A stretch of DNA of 45,874 nt, from the NCBI GenBank assembly GCA_022573975.1, contig JACZSY010000003.1, forward strand, positions 1 to 45,874, read 5' to 3'. The number at the start of each line of letters is the position of its first letter. Positions within the stretch are counted from its first letter, which is position 1. This DNA is from SAR324 cluster bacterium. Lineage in GTDB: Bacteria; SAR324; JACQKK01. The notes below the pieces were generated by a model, which did not search any database, was not told the origin of the DNA, and saw only the letters and a list, made by a program, of their open reading frames with translations. The translations under genes were made by a program, and so were the position numbers. This document shows positions 1 to 8,719 of the stretch, piece after piece.

Positions 1-87
1 ATTTAATTTAAAATACTCCGTTTTTAGCAGAGCTGAGGGGATAGGCGTGTAAAATTTTGCATAAGATATTGGAATGAGCGTTTAAAA

Positions 88-156
88 TACTTGTTTTTCC
101 TCTAAAAAAGTTTGTTGAAATTTTTCAAAGTTTCCCCCCGGAGGGCCGCCGGAGGC
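88..156. repeat. Partial copy of dispersed intergenic repeat (second copy at 8528-8596)
   Basis: 69-bp ungapped match to 8528-8596 (61/69 identical; last 50 nt 48/50), ending ...CCCCCCGG(A/C)GGGCCGCCGGAGGC. Confidence 0.85.
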
Positions 157-174
157 CAATAAATCACACCCCTT

Positions 175-1662
175 TTAGTTTTGTGTACGGCTGCGTTTCG
201 CGGCCTGGGCCAGCTTGGCCAGTTCCACCTCCAGGTGGCGGCGCTTTTCGCGCATGTATTCCCGCAATTCCTTTTTGCGCAGGAAGACGAAGAACACGCG
301 GATGTTCTCCTGGATGCGGGTGCGTTCGCGCGACACGAATAGGGCCACCGCTCCGGCGACGGGCAGGGAAAGCAAATAGCCCAGCGCGGCCCATCCCCCG
401 GCCGCCTGCCAGACCCAGGCGGTCTGGCCGCCCCAGAACCCCCCGAAGAAGAGCATGCCCAGGGTAATGCGGGCGGTGTCATACTGGTAACGGCCCCGGG
501 CCAGCCGGGCGGCCAGCCAGCCGGTGAGCCAGTAGGGCAGGGCGCAGTTGAGGGCGCCCCACAGGGCCACGGGCACCATCACCAGCAACACCGACAGGGT
601 GCGCGCCACGAAACGCGCCACCACCATGGGGGTATAATTGAGCGTGAGGTGATAGTCCTTCACGCCGGTCTTGCGGCAAAGCCGCTCGAAGTGGTTGAGC
701 AGCAGCCGCACGCGCTCCACCTGGCCCGGGTGCTCCCGCCACAGCCTGAGGTGCGTTTCGTTCAGTTTTTTCAGGGTGCGGAAGCGCTGGCCCATGGTTC
801 GCTGGCGGATGCGGTTGCGGCGCAGGGCGAAGAAGCGCTCCAGCCGGCGCAGCAGGTCCAGGTCGCGCCAGCTTTCCGGGTTCAGCGTGACGGCTTCCAG
901 GCCGGCCTGAATCCGCCCGGTCAGCCGAATCACCGCCTCCTCCTCCGGTTCGCCCGGGGTGGATTCGTCCGGCGTGGACTCCACCGGCACCGGCTCGCCG
1001 AAGTTGACGAACACGCTGCTGCGGAAACGGCCCACCTCCGAAAAGTTCAACCCCACCGGCAGCACCAGGGGGGGACTGCCGCCGCGGGCCAGCGCGCCCA
1101 GGGCGATGCGGGCCGCGCCGGTCTTGAAGGTGCGCAGTTGGGAATCGGAATGGCTTTCTCCCTCGGGAAAAATCAGCAACACCTCCCCAGTGGCCAGGAA
1201 GTCGTAGCAGCGCTGGAAAGCATCCAGGTTTTTTCCCGTGGCCGGCTTGGTTGCCTCACCACCGGTAGCAGCCCCGCCGGTTTCCGCACCGCCGGATGCC
1301 GCACCGCTGGATGCCGCACCGCTGGTAGCAGCACCGCTGGCCGGAGGCTGGTCCTGGCGGCGGTAGATGGGAACGGCCTGCATGATGGCCAGCAGGGGAC
1401 GCAAGAGGGGGTTCTTGAACAGGCCGCTGCGGGCCAGCGGATGAAGGAGGCGTGGCGAAACCGCTTGCAGAATCACCGCGTCCACCAGGGCGTTGGGATG
1501 ATTGCCGCAGAGCACCACCGCGCCGGTGCGGGGCAGGCGCTCCAGGCCGAACACCTCGCAACGGCGGTAGAACACCCGCGTCACTATGCGGCAGAAGGCC
1601 CGGTACATCCCCTGCAGAGGGTGGATCGGTGGAATCGGTATTCGGCTTCGGATGTCCCCCAT
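175..1662 (-). CDS. PlsC-family lysophospholipid/glycerol-3-phosphate acyltransferase with C-terminal membrane domain
   Basis: NHPNALVD (HxxxxD), IFPEG and FKTGAAR motifs; C-terminal TM helices; start uncertain (ORF open to 1770). Confidence 0.85.
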   Translation of the reverse strand: MGDIRSRIPIPPIHPLQGMYRAFCRIVTRVFYRRCEVFGLERLPRTGAVVLCGNHPNALVDAVILQAVSPRLLHPLARSGLFKNPLLRPLLAIMQAVPIYRRQDQPPASGAATSGAASSGAASGGAETGGAATGGEATKPATGKNLDAFQRCYDFLATGEVLLIFPEGESHSDSQLRTFKTGAARIALGALARGGSPPLVLPVGLNFSEVGRFRSSVFVNFGEPVPVESTPDESTPGEPEEEAVIRLTGRIQAGLEAVTLNPESWRDLDLLRRLERFFALRRNRIRQRTMGQRFRTLKKLNETHLRLWREHPGQVERVRLLLNHFERLCRKTGVKDYHLTLNYTPMVVARFVARTLSVLLVMVPVALWGALNCALPYWLTGWLAARLARGRYQYDTARITLGMLFFGGFWGGQTAWVWQAAGGWAALGYLLSLPVAGAVALFVSRERTRIQENIRVFFVFLRKKELREYMREKRRHLEVELAKLAQAAKRSRTQN

Positions 1663-1987
1663 CGGTCTCGGCTCCCCGGATCGGGTGGGTTGGCGTGTGC
1701 GAATTTCCCCCGGTAATTCCTTGCAATCCTTATCACGGAATGATGCAAAAAACATGGATGGAGGCAGCAAGGAGCCAGGGTATCCGCAAGATCGCCGTGT
1801 GCTTCCCGCAAGGCGTATTCAAAGCGGTTTCGGGTAATCCGGGGCGGCCTCGACCCCCCCGCGCTCCACGGTTTTTTAAAACAGCGCATGCGGAACGGGA
1901 GGGACTCCCTTCGCCATGTAATTGTAAACACAACGCTTTTCCCCTCTCCATCTGGGCTGTTTAAAATTACCGGGAGAGGGGAGGGAA

Positions 1988-2051
1988 GCCGAAGGCTGGA
2001 AGGGGTGAGGCTTCGAACGCCGGGCCGAAGGCTGGAAGGGGTGAGGCTTCG
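1988..2051. repeat. 28-bp direct repeat x2 (GCCGAAGGCTGGAAGGGGTGAGGCTTCG)
   Basis: Identical copies at 1988-2015 and 2024-2051. Confidence 0.9.
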
Positions 2052-2307
2052 CCTGGCTCCATCGGTTGCCTTTGCGATGGCCCTGGCGGAAGGAGCGTGG
2101 CGAACGCATGCCGCAAGCTGCCGCAAAAGCTTTTTTTTCAGGGGGGCTGCCCCCTCAAGCTCGCGGCCCCTGAACCGCCGGGGCCATATGACCACAAGGC
2201 CTTTGGCCTGGGGTTGCCCTGCTTCCCCGCCCCCGGGATTGGACAGCACACGGAAAAAATCCCTAGACTGTAGGAAATCCTGTCCACTACAAGCGAGGAA
2301 ACACGCC

Positions 2308-2919
2308 ATGCCGCGCGTACGAGAAATCGAAATCGAAGAGGTGCCCGAAGACACCCGGCCCATCTACCGGCGATTCGCAGCCGAATACGGACCGTTTCTG
2401 AACCAGGTCAAAATTTTCGCCCACCGGCCCGCGGCCCTGCGCCACATCATGGGCCTGCTGCTGGAGTTGGCCGAGGAGGAGATCCTGCCCAAACGCTACC
2501 TGGAAATCGTGCTGGTCACCGTTTCCAAGCTCAACGAATGCACCTACTGCGTGGCGCATCACGCGCCCCGGTTGGTGGAGCAGGGCCTGCCCCCGGAGTC
2601 CGCGGAGAACATCCTGGCCGGCACGGTGCCCGGCTTCGGCCCCGTGGACACGCTGGTGCGGGATTTCGCGGTGCAGGTGACCGAACAGCCGGGCCGCATG
2701 CGCGATAGCATGTTCGATGCGCTGAGGGAGCATTTCAGCGAGGAGCAGATCGTCGAGTTGACCCTGCGCACCGCCCTGTGCGGGTTTTTCAATCGCTTCA
2801 ACGACGCGCTGCAAATCGGCATCGAGGATGGGGTGATCGAGGACATGCTCTCCAAGGGCCTCTCCGGCGGCGAGATGAAAAAACACCACCCGGAGAACCT
2901 TGAGCCCGCGCCGGAATAA
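2308..2919 (+). CDS. Carboxymuconolactone decarboxylase / AhpD-like protein
   Basis: ATG 2308 after GAGG; E-x7-SKLNECTYCVAHH (CxxC-xx-H) and FFNRFNDAL motifs. Confidence 0.85.
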   Translation: MPRVREIEIEEVPEDTRPIYRRFAAEYGPFLNQVKIFAHRPAALRHIMGLLLELAEEEILPKRYLEIVLVTVSKLNECTYCVAHHAPRLVEQGLPPESAENILAGTVPGFGPVDTLVRDFAVQVTEQPGRMRDSMFDALREHFSEEQIVELTLRTALCGFFNRFNDALQIGIEDGVIEDMLSKGLSGGEMKKHHPENLEPAPE

Positions 2920-2986
2920 CAGAACGCCGATCCATCAACCAGGGAAGGGGCCACGCCTTTGAAGGCACACCATTGAGACGGAACGC

Positions 2987-4057
2987 ATGAAAATAGGAAT
3001 CGTCGGATACCCGGGGGCGGGAAAGACCACCATCTTCAACGCGCTGACCGGGTTGCGCGCGGAAACCGGCCCCGGCGGACGCACCCGGGAAAACATGGGC
3101 GCCATCAAGGTGCCCGACCCCCGGGTGGATCTGCTGGCGGAGATGCATCGCTCCAGGAAAAAAGTCTACGCCGAAACGCTGTTCGTGGACGTGGGCGCCG
3201 CACCGGAAGGCGGCGCGGCGAAGGCCGGGCTTTCCCCGCAGGTGATCGGCGCCATGCAGGGTTGCGACGCCCTGGTGCTGGTGTTGCGCGCCTTCGAGAA
3301 CCCCGCGCTGGCCCAGCCCGCCGACCCCCTGCGCGACCTGCGCGACCTGGGCGCCGACCTGATCCTGGCCGACCTGGGGCCGCTGGAAAAACGGCTGGGA
3401 AAGCTCAGCAAAGAACCCGGCAAGCCCGGGGAAAAGGCCTTGCTGGAAAGATGCATCCCCCACCTGGAATCCGATGCTCCCCTCTCCACCCTGGGCCTGG
3501 ATGCGGCCGGACAGGCCCTGCTCAACGGGTTCGGGCTGCTTTCCACCAAGCCGGTGCTCTACCTGCTCAATCAGGCCGAAGAAGCCATCACCGCCGGGAT
3601 TCCGCCGGATCTGGCCGCGGCGATGAACACGGAGATGAACACGGCAGTGGAGGGCCGTTCCATGATGGCGATCAGCGCCCAGGTGGAAATGGACATCGCC
3701 GGGATGCCGCCCGGGGAGCAACCGGAGTTCCTGGAGGCCCTGGGGCTGGAAAGCTCCGCCCGGGACCGCTTCGTCCAGGCCGCCTACGGGCTGCTGGACC
3801 TGGTTGGTTTCCTCACCACCGGAGAGGACGAGTCCCGCGCCTGGCCCATCCGCCGGGGCACCCGCGCGGTCAAGGCGGCGGGCAAGGTTCATTCGGACAT
3901 CGAGCGTGGATTCATCCGGGCGGAAGTGATCGCCTACGATGCGTTGATCGCCCTGGGCGGGGAGAAGCAGGCCCGCGACGCCGGCAAGCTGCGGCTGGAG
4001 GGCAAGGAATATGTGGTCCAGGACGGCGACGTGATCAACTTCCGCTTCAATGTGTGA
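2987..4057 (+). CDS. ychF: Redox-regulated Obg-like ATPase YchF
   Basis: GIVGYPGAGKTT P-loop; AGKVHSDIERGFIRAE; LEGKEYVVQDGDVINFRFNV C-terminus. Confidence 0.93.
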   Translation: MKIGIVGYPGAGKTTIFNALTGLRAETGPGGRTRENMGAIKVPDPRVDLLAEMHRSRKKVYAETLFVDVGAAPEGGAAKAGLSPQVIGAMQGCDALVLVLRAFENPALAQPADPLRDLRDLGADLILADLGPLEKRLGKLSKEPGKPGEKALLERCIPHLESDAPLSTLGLDAAGQALLNGFGLLSTKPVLYLLNQAEEAITAGIPPDLAAAMNTEMNTAVEGRSMMAISAQVEMDIAGMPPGEQPEFLEALGLESSARDRFVQAAYGLLDLVGFLTTGEDESRAWPIRRGTRAVKAAGKVHSDIERGFIRAEVIAYDALIALGGEKQARDAGKLRLEGKEYVVQDGDVINFRFNV

Positions 4058-4113
4058 CGGAAACATCCACCAATCTTTCCATCCTCCCCACCATCCCCAA
4101 CCGGAGCACGGCC

Positions 4114-5094
4114 ATGATCCATACCCCCCTGTGCGATTTGCTGGAAATCCGTCATCCCGTCGTGTTGGGCGGAATGGCCAGCGGCACCTCCGTGCCGTTG
4201 GTGGCGGCCGTTTCCAACGCGGGTGGGTTGGGCACCCTGGGCGTCTCGACAATTCCTCCCGGGGATTTGCCGGGCATCATGGCCGCCATCCGCGAGGGCA
4301 CCGGGAAACCCTTCGGGGTGAACTTCCTGCTCTTCATGGTAACCGGGGAGGGATTCGCCGCGGCCCTGGAGGCGGCGCCCCCGATCATGGCCTTCGCCTG
4401 GCCCCGCGCGGAACAGGATTTGGCCGATTACTTCGATCGTTCCCGGGAGGCGGGCTGCAAGGTGATGTTCTCGGCCGGCAGCGTCCCCGGCGCGCTGCGC
4501 GCGAAAGCGGCCGGCGCGGACGTGATCGTGGCCCAGGGCACCGATGGCGGGGGGCATGTGGGGTGGATGGCCAGCATGGCCCTGCTGCCCATGGTGGTGG
4601 ACGCCGTGGCGCCCACTCCGGTGCTGGCCGCCGGGGGCTTCGCCGACGGGCGCGGGCTGGCGGCGGCGCTGGCCTTGGGGGCGCAGGGCGTGTTGCTGGG
4701 CACGCGCTTCCTGGCCACGGTGGAATCGCCGCTGCACCAAAACATGAAACAGGCCATCGTCGACAGCGACGGGCACGACACGGTGCTCACTGAAATTCCG
4801 GACCTGGCCCGCGACAGGGTCTGGCCCGGCGCCATGGCCCGCGCCAGGCGCAACGCCTTCATCGCGCGCTGGGCCGGGCGCGAATGGGATCTGCGCGCCA
4901 ACCAGGCCGAAGCCGCCGCCGGTCTTCTGCGCGCCGCCGAAGAGGGCGACGTGGACAACGCCTCGCTTCCGTACGGGCAGGACGCGGGGCTGATCCATGA
5001 CATTCCGCCCGCGGGCGATATTGTGACCCGCATCGTGGAAGAGGCGGAAGAAGTGCTCTCCAAGAGGCTGCCCGGGTTCGTCCGCAACGGCTGA
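4114..5094 (+). CDS. Nitronate monooxygenase / FabK-like flavoprotein
   Basis: LCDLLEIRHPVVLGGMA, AVSNAGGLG, QGTDGGGHVG, VLAAGGFADGRG, GVLLGTRF motifs; ATG 4114 after GGAG. Confidence 0.9.
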   Translation: MIHTPLCDLLEIRHPVVLGGMASGTSVPLVAAVSNAGGLGTLGVSTIPPGDLPGIMAAIREGTGKPFGVNFLLFMVTGEGFAAALEAAPPIMAFAWPRAEQDLADYFDRSREAGCKVMFSAGSVPGALRAKAAGADVIVAQGTDGGGHVGWMASMALLPMVVDAVAPTPVLAAGGFADGRGLAAALALGAQGVLLGTRFLATVESPLHQNMKQAIVDSDGHDTVLTEIPDLARDRVWPGAMARARRNAFIARWAGREWDLRANQAEAAAGLLRAAEEGDVDNASLPYGQDAGLIHDIPPAGDIVTRIVEEAEEVLSKRLPGFVRNG

Positions 5095-5231
5095 GGCTTT
5101 TTTTCCGGGGCAAGAGGAAAAGAGGTTGAGGCCGCCCCGGCCTGGAATGCTCACATGGACTCGTGCAACGCCTTTCCCATTGCCGCGGGGAACTGTGGGC
5201 GGGTTGACAGGGCCCTTATCGTTCAAAACCT

Positions 5232-6518
5232 GTGGGAGAAATCGTGGAGAAGGCAGCAGGGAAGACGGAACCGCCGGGGCGGTTGCAGGGCGTGGCCCTC
5301 ACCGTTTTGATGTGCGCGGCCCTCGCCTTTGGGCTGCTCGGCTTTTCCACGCTTCCGGCGCTGTTGCCGGTGTTGATGAGCGAATGGGCCATCAGCGGGA
5401 CGGAGGCCGGGTGGGTGGCCAGCCTGATCTTCGCCGGGTACATGCTGGCCGTTCCCATCCTGCTGCCCATGACGGACCGGGTGGACGCCCGCGCGGTGTT
5501 CCTGGCCGGGGCCGTCGTGTCCTCGCTGTCCCTGGTGGGGTTCGGGATGTTCGCCGGGGGTTTCTGGAGCGGCCTGTTCTTCCGGGTGACGCTGGGCGTC
5601 GGCTTCGCGGGCGTCTACATGCCCGGCCTGAAGGTGCTGACAGACCGGCTGGACACGAAAAATCCCTCTCGCGGCATCGCTTTTTACACCTCCAGCTACC
5701 TGATCGGCGCCGCGTTGTCCTACTACCTGGCGGGCCGCATCGACGCCACGCTGGGGTGGCGCTGGGCCTTCGCCCTGATGGCGCTGGGGCCGCTGGTCTC
5801 GTTGCTGCTGGTGTGGTGGGGCACCGCGCCGGTTATCCCAAAAGCAGCCTCCAAGCCGCCGGGCGCCCCCTTCCGGCTGTTGCCGGACTTCCGGCCCGTG
5901 CTGAAAAACCGGCAGGCGTTAGGTTACATGGGGGCCTATGCCATGCACAGTTGGGAGCTCTTCGCCTCCCAGTCGTGGGTCATCGCCTTCCTCACCTTTT
6001 CCGCCGGCCTGCGCCCGGAGGCCACGGCGGGTTGGAACCTCACCGCCATCGGCTCGCTGATCACGCTGACCGCCCTGCCCGCCAGCATCCTGGGCAACGA
6101 GTTGGCCCTGCGCATCGGGCGCCGCCGCACGGTGACCATCATCATGTGGGTCTCGGCGGCCCTGGGGTGTTCCATCGGCTTCCTGGCGGATCGGCCCTTC
6201 CCCATCGTGGTGGCCCTCTGCGTGGCCTACGGCCTCACCACCACCGCCGAATCGGCCACCGTCACCGCCGGCGCGGTGATGTCCGCCACGCCCGAAACCC
6301 GGGGCGCGCTGATGGCGCTGCATTCCTTCATCGGCTTCGGCGGGGGGTTCATGGGGCCGGTGATCTTCGGGCTGGCCCTGGACCTGGCCGGGGGCCGGGA
6401 GACCGGGGCGGGCTGGCAGGCCGCCTTCATCACCGCCGGGGCCGCCGCCGCCCTGGGGCCGCTCTTCCTCTGGTGGCTGGGGGGGAAGAACGCAGGGGAA
6501 GTCCCGCAAAAGCAATAA
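5232..6518 (+). CDS. MFS transporter
   Basis: About 12 hydrophobic segments; TDRVDARAV and ALRIGRRRT loop motifs; start approximate. Confidence 0.88.
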   Translation: MGEIVEKAAGKTEPPGRLQGVALTVLMCAALAFGLLGFSTLPALLPVLMSEWAISGTEAGWVASLIFAGYMLAVPILLPMTDRVDARAVFLAGAVVSSLSLVGFGMFAGGFWSGLFFRVTLGVGFAGVYMPGLKVLTDRLDTKNPSRGIAFYTSSYLIGAALSYYLAGRIDATLGWRWAFALMALGPLVSLLLVWWGTAPVIPKAASKPPGAPFRLLPDFRPVLKNRQALGYMGAYAMHSWELFASQSWVIAFLTFSAGLRPEATAGWNLTAIGSLITLTALPASILGNELALRIGRRRTVTIIMWVSAALGCSIGFLADRPFPIVVALCVAYGLTTTAESATVTAGAVMSATPETRGALMALHSFIGFGGGFMGPVIFGLALDLAGGRETGAGWQAAFITAGAAAALGPLFLWWLGGKNAGEVPQKQ

Positions 6519-6720
6519 TGGCCCGGCAGCCGGGTTTCAAGCGGACAGCCGGTTCCTTCCAATTTGATTTGACGGCATAAAATAAATATAAAGAAGACCA
6601 TTCCCTCCGTTCGTCTCTCTCCGGGCTTGAGGGCTGTGCCCGGTGCGTCAGGGCTGGATATGTTGGGGGCCCTGGCTGGGATTTTCCCTCGGCGGACAAG
6701 GGCTTGCGAGAGAAGGCGCC

Positions 6721-7887
6721 ATGACCGAACCCACCCTTCCCCCCCCAAATGGTTCCGGCTCATCGATATTTTCACCGCTTCCCACCATCGGGCGATTTGA
6801 GCACCATGGCCGGGTGGGGGAGTTGTTTCCCATCACCCTGGCCAATTTGTTCTATAAGGCGATCACCCTTGGGATTTACCATTTCTGGGGCAAGACCCGG
6901 GTGCGCCGCTACCTGTGGGGCCGCACCTCGTTCGAGGGGGACGCCCTGGAATACACCGGAGAGGGCATCGAACTGTTCAAGGGGTTGCTTTTCAGCCTGA
7001 AATGGTTGCTCCCCCCGATCCTCTTCTTTGTTATGATTATTGTTTTCTTCATAATTGGACTGGTTTCCAAAGATTCTTCACTCCTCCCATTCATTTTCGT
7101 CTTGTTCATCTATGGCTATGTGATTTTTTTGATGGGATATGGGCGTTACAGCGCCAGGAAATACATGTTCGGCCACACCCGGTGGCGGGGCATCCGGCTG
7201 GGCCTTTCCGGTTCGGCCAAGGATCATGCCCTGAAGGGCTTGCGATACACCTTCCTCACCGCTATAACGCTTGGCATCTACACGCCCTTCATGCGCAACC
7301 ATCTGGCCGCCAATTTCATCAATCACACCTGGATCGGCGACAGGAAATTGCATTATCCCACGGGCAAGGGGATAGCGGTGGGTTTCGTCGGCCGATTTTG
7401 GGGCATGGTGGCCATGGGCGCGGCCTATACCTTCATCAGGGATTTGGCATACCAAAAAACGGTTCAGGGCCTCGCGGACTATTTTATCCGCACGATGGAC
7501 GCCTCGGACAAGAGCATCATTTTCATGTTCCAGGCCTTGGTCATTTTCCTCGCCGCACTCTATTATATTCCCTTCGCCATGATCTGGTTCTGGTACCGCG
7601 CCGGTGAGATACGCATTTTCATCGACAACACCGAAATTGAAGGCGCCCACCTGCAAACGAACTTCGATACCGGTCCGTTCGTCTGGCTGCGCATCACCAA
7701 CATCGCCGCGGTGCTGGTAACCCTCGGGCTGGCTTTTCCCTGGGCGGCGGTGCGCACGGCGCGGTTCTTTTCAAACCACATCAGGATTGTTGGAACCCTC
7801 GACCTGTCTTCAATCGGCCAGAGTTCCGAGGAGGTGCTGCGGGAAGGCGAAGGGTTGGCCGAGGTGTTTGACCTTGGAATCATCTAA
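6721..7887 (+). CDS. YjgN/DUF898 family inner-membrane protein
   Basis: Repeated (I/V)TLGIY-x-(F/P)W motifs, FWGKTRVRRYLW, FEGDALEYTG, C-terminal GEGLAEVFDL. Confidence 0.85.
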   Translation: MTEPTLPPPNGSGSSIFSPLPTIGRFEHHGRVGELFPITLANLFYKAITLGIYHFWGKTRVRRYLWGRTSFEGDALEYTGEGIELFKGLLFSLKWLLPPILFFVMIIVFFIIGLVSKDSSLLPFIFVLFIYGYVIFLMGYGRYSARKYMFGHTRWRGIRLGLSGSAKDHALKGLRYTFLTAITLGIYTPFMRNHLAANFINHTWIGDRKLHYPTGKGIAVGFVGRFWGMVAMGAAYTFIRDLAYQKTVQGLADYFIRTMDASDKSIIFMFQALVIFLAALYYIPFAMIWFWYRAGEIRIFIDNTEIEGAHLQTNFDTGPFVWLRITNIAAVLVTLGLAFPWAAVRTARFFSNHIRIVGTLDLSSIGQSSEEVLREGEGLAEVFDLGII

Positions 7888-7904
7888 ACAAAAGAAAGGC
7901 CGCC

Positions 7905-8366
7905 ATGAGCGTCGAAGATCGTCTCAACGAACTGGGCATCACCCTGCCCGCCATTCCCGAACCGGTGGGCAATTACGTGGCCGCCGTGCGGACGGGCAAT
8001 CTGCTCTATCTGGGAGGCCAGGGGAGCGTGAACGCGGAGGGCGTCTACTTCTCCGGCAAGGTGGGGGCGGATTTCACGGTGGACGAGGCCTACCGGCACG
8101 CGCGCGCCATCGCCCTGCAACAGGTGGCCGTGATGAAGTCCGTGCTGGGAAGCCTGGAGCGGGTCAACCGTATCGTCAAGGTATTGGGCATGGTCAATGC
8201 CGGCCCCGATTTCACCCAGCACCCCCAGGTGATCAACGGGTTTTCGGACACGCTGGTGGAAATCTTCGGTGAAAAGGGCCGCCATGCCCGCTCGGCGGTG
8301 GGGATGGGTTCCCTGCCCATGAACATTCCGGTGGAAGTCGAATTGATCGTGGAAGTGACGGACTGA
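7905..8366 (+). CDS. RidA/YjgF family protein
   Basis: PVGNYV, VINGFSD, GRHARSAVG, LPMNIPVEVE motifs. Confidence 0.92.
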   Translation: MSVEDRLNELGITLPAIPEPVGNYVAAVRTGNLLYLGGQGSVNAEGVYFSGKVGADFTVDEAYRHARAIALQQVAVMKSVLGSLERVNRIVKVLGMVNAGPDFTQHPQVINGFSDTLVEIFGEKGRHARSAVGMGSLPMNIPVEVELIVEVTD

Positions 8367-8445
8367 ACGTCCCGGCCCCGGCCGTGGGGCGCCCTACCCA
8401 GGCCCGGCCGGCGGCCATGCGATCACAGGCCTTTTATCAGGCATT

Positions 8446-8626
8446 TGACCAACCCAATGCGTGGGGGATTTCATCCCCCACACCCCCAGACCATTTTTTT
8501 GGAAAAAATGGATTAAAACTTTTATTTTACTTGTTTTTCTCATCGGAAAGTTTGTTGAAACTTTTCAAAGTTTCCCCCCGGCGGGCCGCCGGAGGCGCCC
8601 CTCTCCTGCTCTCATAGAGTTGGTCA
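8446..8626. mobile_element. Putative MITE-like non-coding element
   Basis: Imperfect terminal inverted repeats 8446-8459 / 8613-8626 (12/14); AT-rich core with several hairpins; partial second copy at 88-156. Confidence 0.5.
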
Positions 8627-8719
8627 CAGGCCCGTGCGATGGCCTTGCGGTGTTGCGGGGGTTCAACCTGAAATCCGCCGTGGCGGGCCGGGCGCGAGAG
8701 CCTGGGGGGGATGCCGCCC

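Noticed and set aside
3262-4113. 610-aa N-terminally extended nitronate monooxygenase
   Set aside because: The extension overlaps ychF in another frame; the family-typical start is ATG 4114 with an RBS
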